Assembly (NCBI GenBank): GCA_002633005.1
Contig: NMRA01000577.1
Location: 1-64,000, forward strand
Direction of reading: 5' to 3'
DNA: 64,000 nt
Source: Phoronis australis
Lineage: Eukaryota > Animalia > Phoronida
The notes under the pieces are model-generated. The model saw only the letters and a program-made list of their open reading frames with translations, did not search any database and was not told where the DNA came from. Numbering within the stretch: the first letter of the stretch is position 1; each line of letters begins with the position of its first letter. Of this stretch, positions 62,501-64,000 are shown piece after piece. The translations under genes were made by a program, and so were the position numbers.

Positions 62501-63024
62501 ATGTACAATGCATTCCCATCTCTACGCACTACCTGATATGCAACAAGAAGGGTCTACTAAAAAGACGTCAAAAGCATTTGACATTACAAATGAGGCCAGT
62601 TTCTTTATTGGTTGAAAATGATCTTGTCGCAGTTGTGTAGTTTCATTTTGTTACAAGAATTGGGAAGTGCCAAAAAAAAAAATAATAATAATAGCGCAAG
62701 GATAGTTGGCAAAATATGTGAATATTCTAATTCTGAGCAGACATATAAAAGTGATGTTCTCATTCTGACTAGAAAATACATTTTCTACACTGCACGCCAG
62801 CGCCACCTACCGTTGGGCCTGACAATGAGTAGTAGTTCGCCAGAGTGCGTCTCTCGCGCCGACCGTATGAACATGACGACCTGCTCGTGAGTATGCTCCG
62901 ACACGTCTCGCCCGTTAATGAACAACACCTGGTCACCCTCGTTCAGTCGTGGAATACACAGGTCGGCGGGCATACCGGGGGCGACACGTGACACAATGAT
63001 AGGCATACCTTGGTCCGCCCCACC
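56526..63024 (-). CDS. PTPN4: FERM-PDZ-PTP non-receptor phosphatase, PTPN3/PTPN4 (PTP-MEG) orthologue; last 10 coding exons (1182 nt), 5' part beyond the window
   Basis: PDZ segment [46 protein letters not shown]......HSGEL.L.VRPN, then a PTP domain with [36 protein letters not shown] and RDQRAM.IQT..QY.FVCEAIL.VY.EG.VKPL; exon phases are consistent. Confidence 0.95.
57050..57113. repeat. 14-bp tandem repeat tgacctagttaatg, about 4.5 copies
   Basis: Direct tandem copies visible. Confidence 0.9.
57534..57579 (-). CDS. PTPN4: PTPN4-like exon [15 protein letters not shown]
   Basis: ttacag acceptor, gtaagc donor, 46 nt, phase 0-1. Confidence 0.93.
58059..58194 (-). CDS. PTPN4: PTPN4-like exon [46 protein letters not shown]
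   Basis: tttcag acceptor, gtaagt donor, 136 nt, phase 2-0. Confidence 0.96.
58368..58516 (-). CDS. PTPN4: PTPN4-like WPD exon [31 protein letters not shown]...EPTVVHC
   Basis: ttgcag acceptor, gtaagg donor, 149 nt, phase 0-2. Confidence 0.96.
59088..59216 (-). CDS. PTPN4: PTPN4-like exon [17 protein letters not shown]...[10 protein letters not shown]
   Basis: tgttag acceptor, gtaggg donor, 129 nt, phase 0-0. Confidence 0.95.
59641..59660. repeat. (CA)10 microsatellite
   Basis: Seen directly. Confidence 0.9.
59887..60033 (-). CDS. PTPN4: PTPN4-like exon [33 protein letters not shown]...VEKGR
   Basis: ttacag acceptor, gtgagt donor, 147 nt, phase 0-0. Confidence 0.95.
60165..60341. repeat. 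59-bp tandem repeat, 3 copies
   Basis: tacttgttattgca(g/c)actgctatgtcatgtt(c/a)ttctgactt(g/a)tgcgtacgaat repeated. Confidence 0.92.
60905..60972 (-). CDS. PTPN4: PTPN4-like exon [23 protein letters not shown]
   Basis: ttgtag acceptor, gtaagt donor, 68 nt, phase 1-0. Confidence 0.95.
61513..61603 (-). CDS. PTPN4: PTPN4-like exon [30 protein letters not shown]
   Basis: tttcag acceptor, gtacgt donor, 91 nt, phase 0-1. Confidence 0.95.
62190..62353 (-). CDS. PTPN4: PTPN4-like linker exon [19 protein letters not shown]...GAAIAQFE
   Basis: ttctag acceptor, gtgagc donor, 164 nt, phase 1-0; EPDFQYIP motif. Confidence 0.92.
62811..63024 (-). CDS. PTPN4: PTPN4-like PDZ exon [17 protein letters not shown]...LIVRPN
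   Basis: ctatag acceptor, gtaggt donor, 214 nt, phase 0-1. Confidence 0.95.
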
Positions 63025-63325
63025 CTATAGGAGACAAATTGGGGACTTATTAGAACATTATAGACAAAGATGGCTATGCCTTGGTCCGCCCCACCCTATA
63101 GGAGACAAATTGGGGACGTATTAGAACATTATAGACAATGATGGGTATGCCTTGGTCTGCCCCACCCTATAGGAGACAAATTGGGGACGTATTAGAACAT
63201 TATAGACAACGATGGCTATGCCTTGATCTTTCTCACCCTGTAATGAGACAAATAGGGGGCTTACTGTAACATTTATACACAAGGATGGCTATGCCTTGGT
63301 CTGCCCCACCCTGTAGGGAGACAAA
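62992..63325. repeat. 71-bp tandem array spanning the intron/exon junction of the PTPN4-like PDZ exon (real junction plus 4 extra copies)
   Basis: The ccct(a/g)ta core recurs at 63023, 63094, 63165, 63236 and 63309. Confidence 0.92.
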
Positions 63326-64000
63326 GACGAACAACATGTATATCACCCATCTTGGCTGATGTGAATTCGAACTAGGTTTACTTCAATCATAGCACCACTC
63401 TTATGACTCTTCATCATTGCTCAGTGATCAGACACCATTACAAATTATCACGACCGATGATAAATGTTGCATCAACAATTATATCAAGCCTGGCCACCAC
63501 AGCTTCTCTCACACATGTCTGGGGTAATGGAGTCAAACAGCCATTGGGGCAAAACTACTGCCCCTAACTATAACCGTGTTACTCTGACATTGTCAAAATT
63601 CCTAGAATTAGTCCTGGATGAAAATAACAAACACTGATACAATTTTAATCCACGCTAATTTTAATTATGTTTGTGAAAAAACAAGATTAACATTTGAAAC
63701 ACTAATACAATTCTCTGTGCACTTTCAAATGTAGATTTTTGTTTTCTGAAAACATTCCAGCGTGAGGTTTGTCTAGTGTCAACCTCAAAACTAGCTGGCA
63801 GAGTCATTGGTCGTGAGACAGGCTCCCCTACCAGCAAACAAGCTAACCACTTATCTGGCCAGAAAACGTAAACTGATGACATGTTATAACACTTGGGAAG
63901 GTTCAAATGTCTTCAGTTTGATTGGATAGCAAAGTGGGAATATCCTGGTATTCCAGATTTTTAGCCAAATTGATAGTTGGGTTGTGAAGCTTCTCAAGTC

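Overview
Intron-rich, AT-rich animal genomic DNA. It is an invertebrate bilaterian, and the repeat style suggests a lophotrochozoan (inference). Most of the six-frame ORF track is noise. Two classical protein-tyrosine-phosphatase genes lie tail to tail. (1) On the + strand is a nearly complete IA-2/phogrin (PTPRN/PTPRN2-type) dense-core-vesicle receptor PTP. I assembled 20 GT-AG coding exons by hand from 8057 to 49914 with consistent phases (2657 nt, about 885 codons); the signal-peptide first exon was not found. (2) On the - strand is the 3' part of a PTPN3/PTPN4 (PTP-MEG) gene: 10 exons, 63024 down to 56526, covering the PDZ and PTP domains, with the FERM end outside the window. Introns hold Penelope-like GIY-YIG remnants with decayed hammerhead ribozymes, several MITEs, a 1.4-kb TTAA-flanked element and many minisatellites. 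Most notable observations: an unusual IA-2 active-site motif set (KNRY / WPE / HCNDGVGR); an in-frame GC-rich ORF that could start a cytosolic IA-2 isoform; a 71-bp tandem array duplicating the PDZ exon's splice acceptor; repeats clustering at exon borders; and a hairpin element with a tRNA B-box between CTCF-like arms. I found no convincing wholly new biological system. All family assignments come from motif recognition, not database searches.
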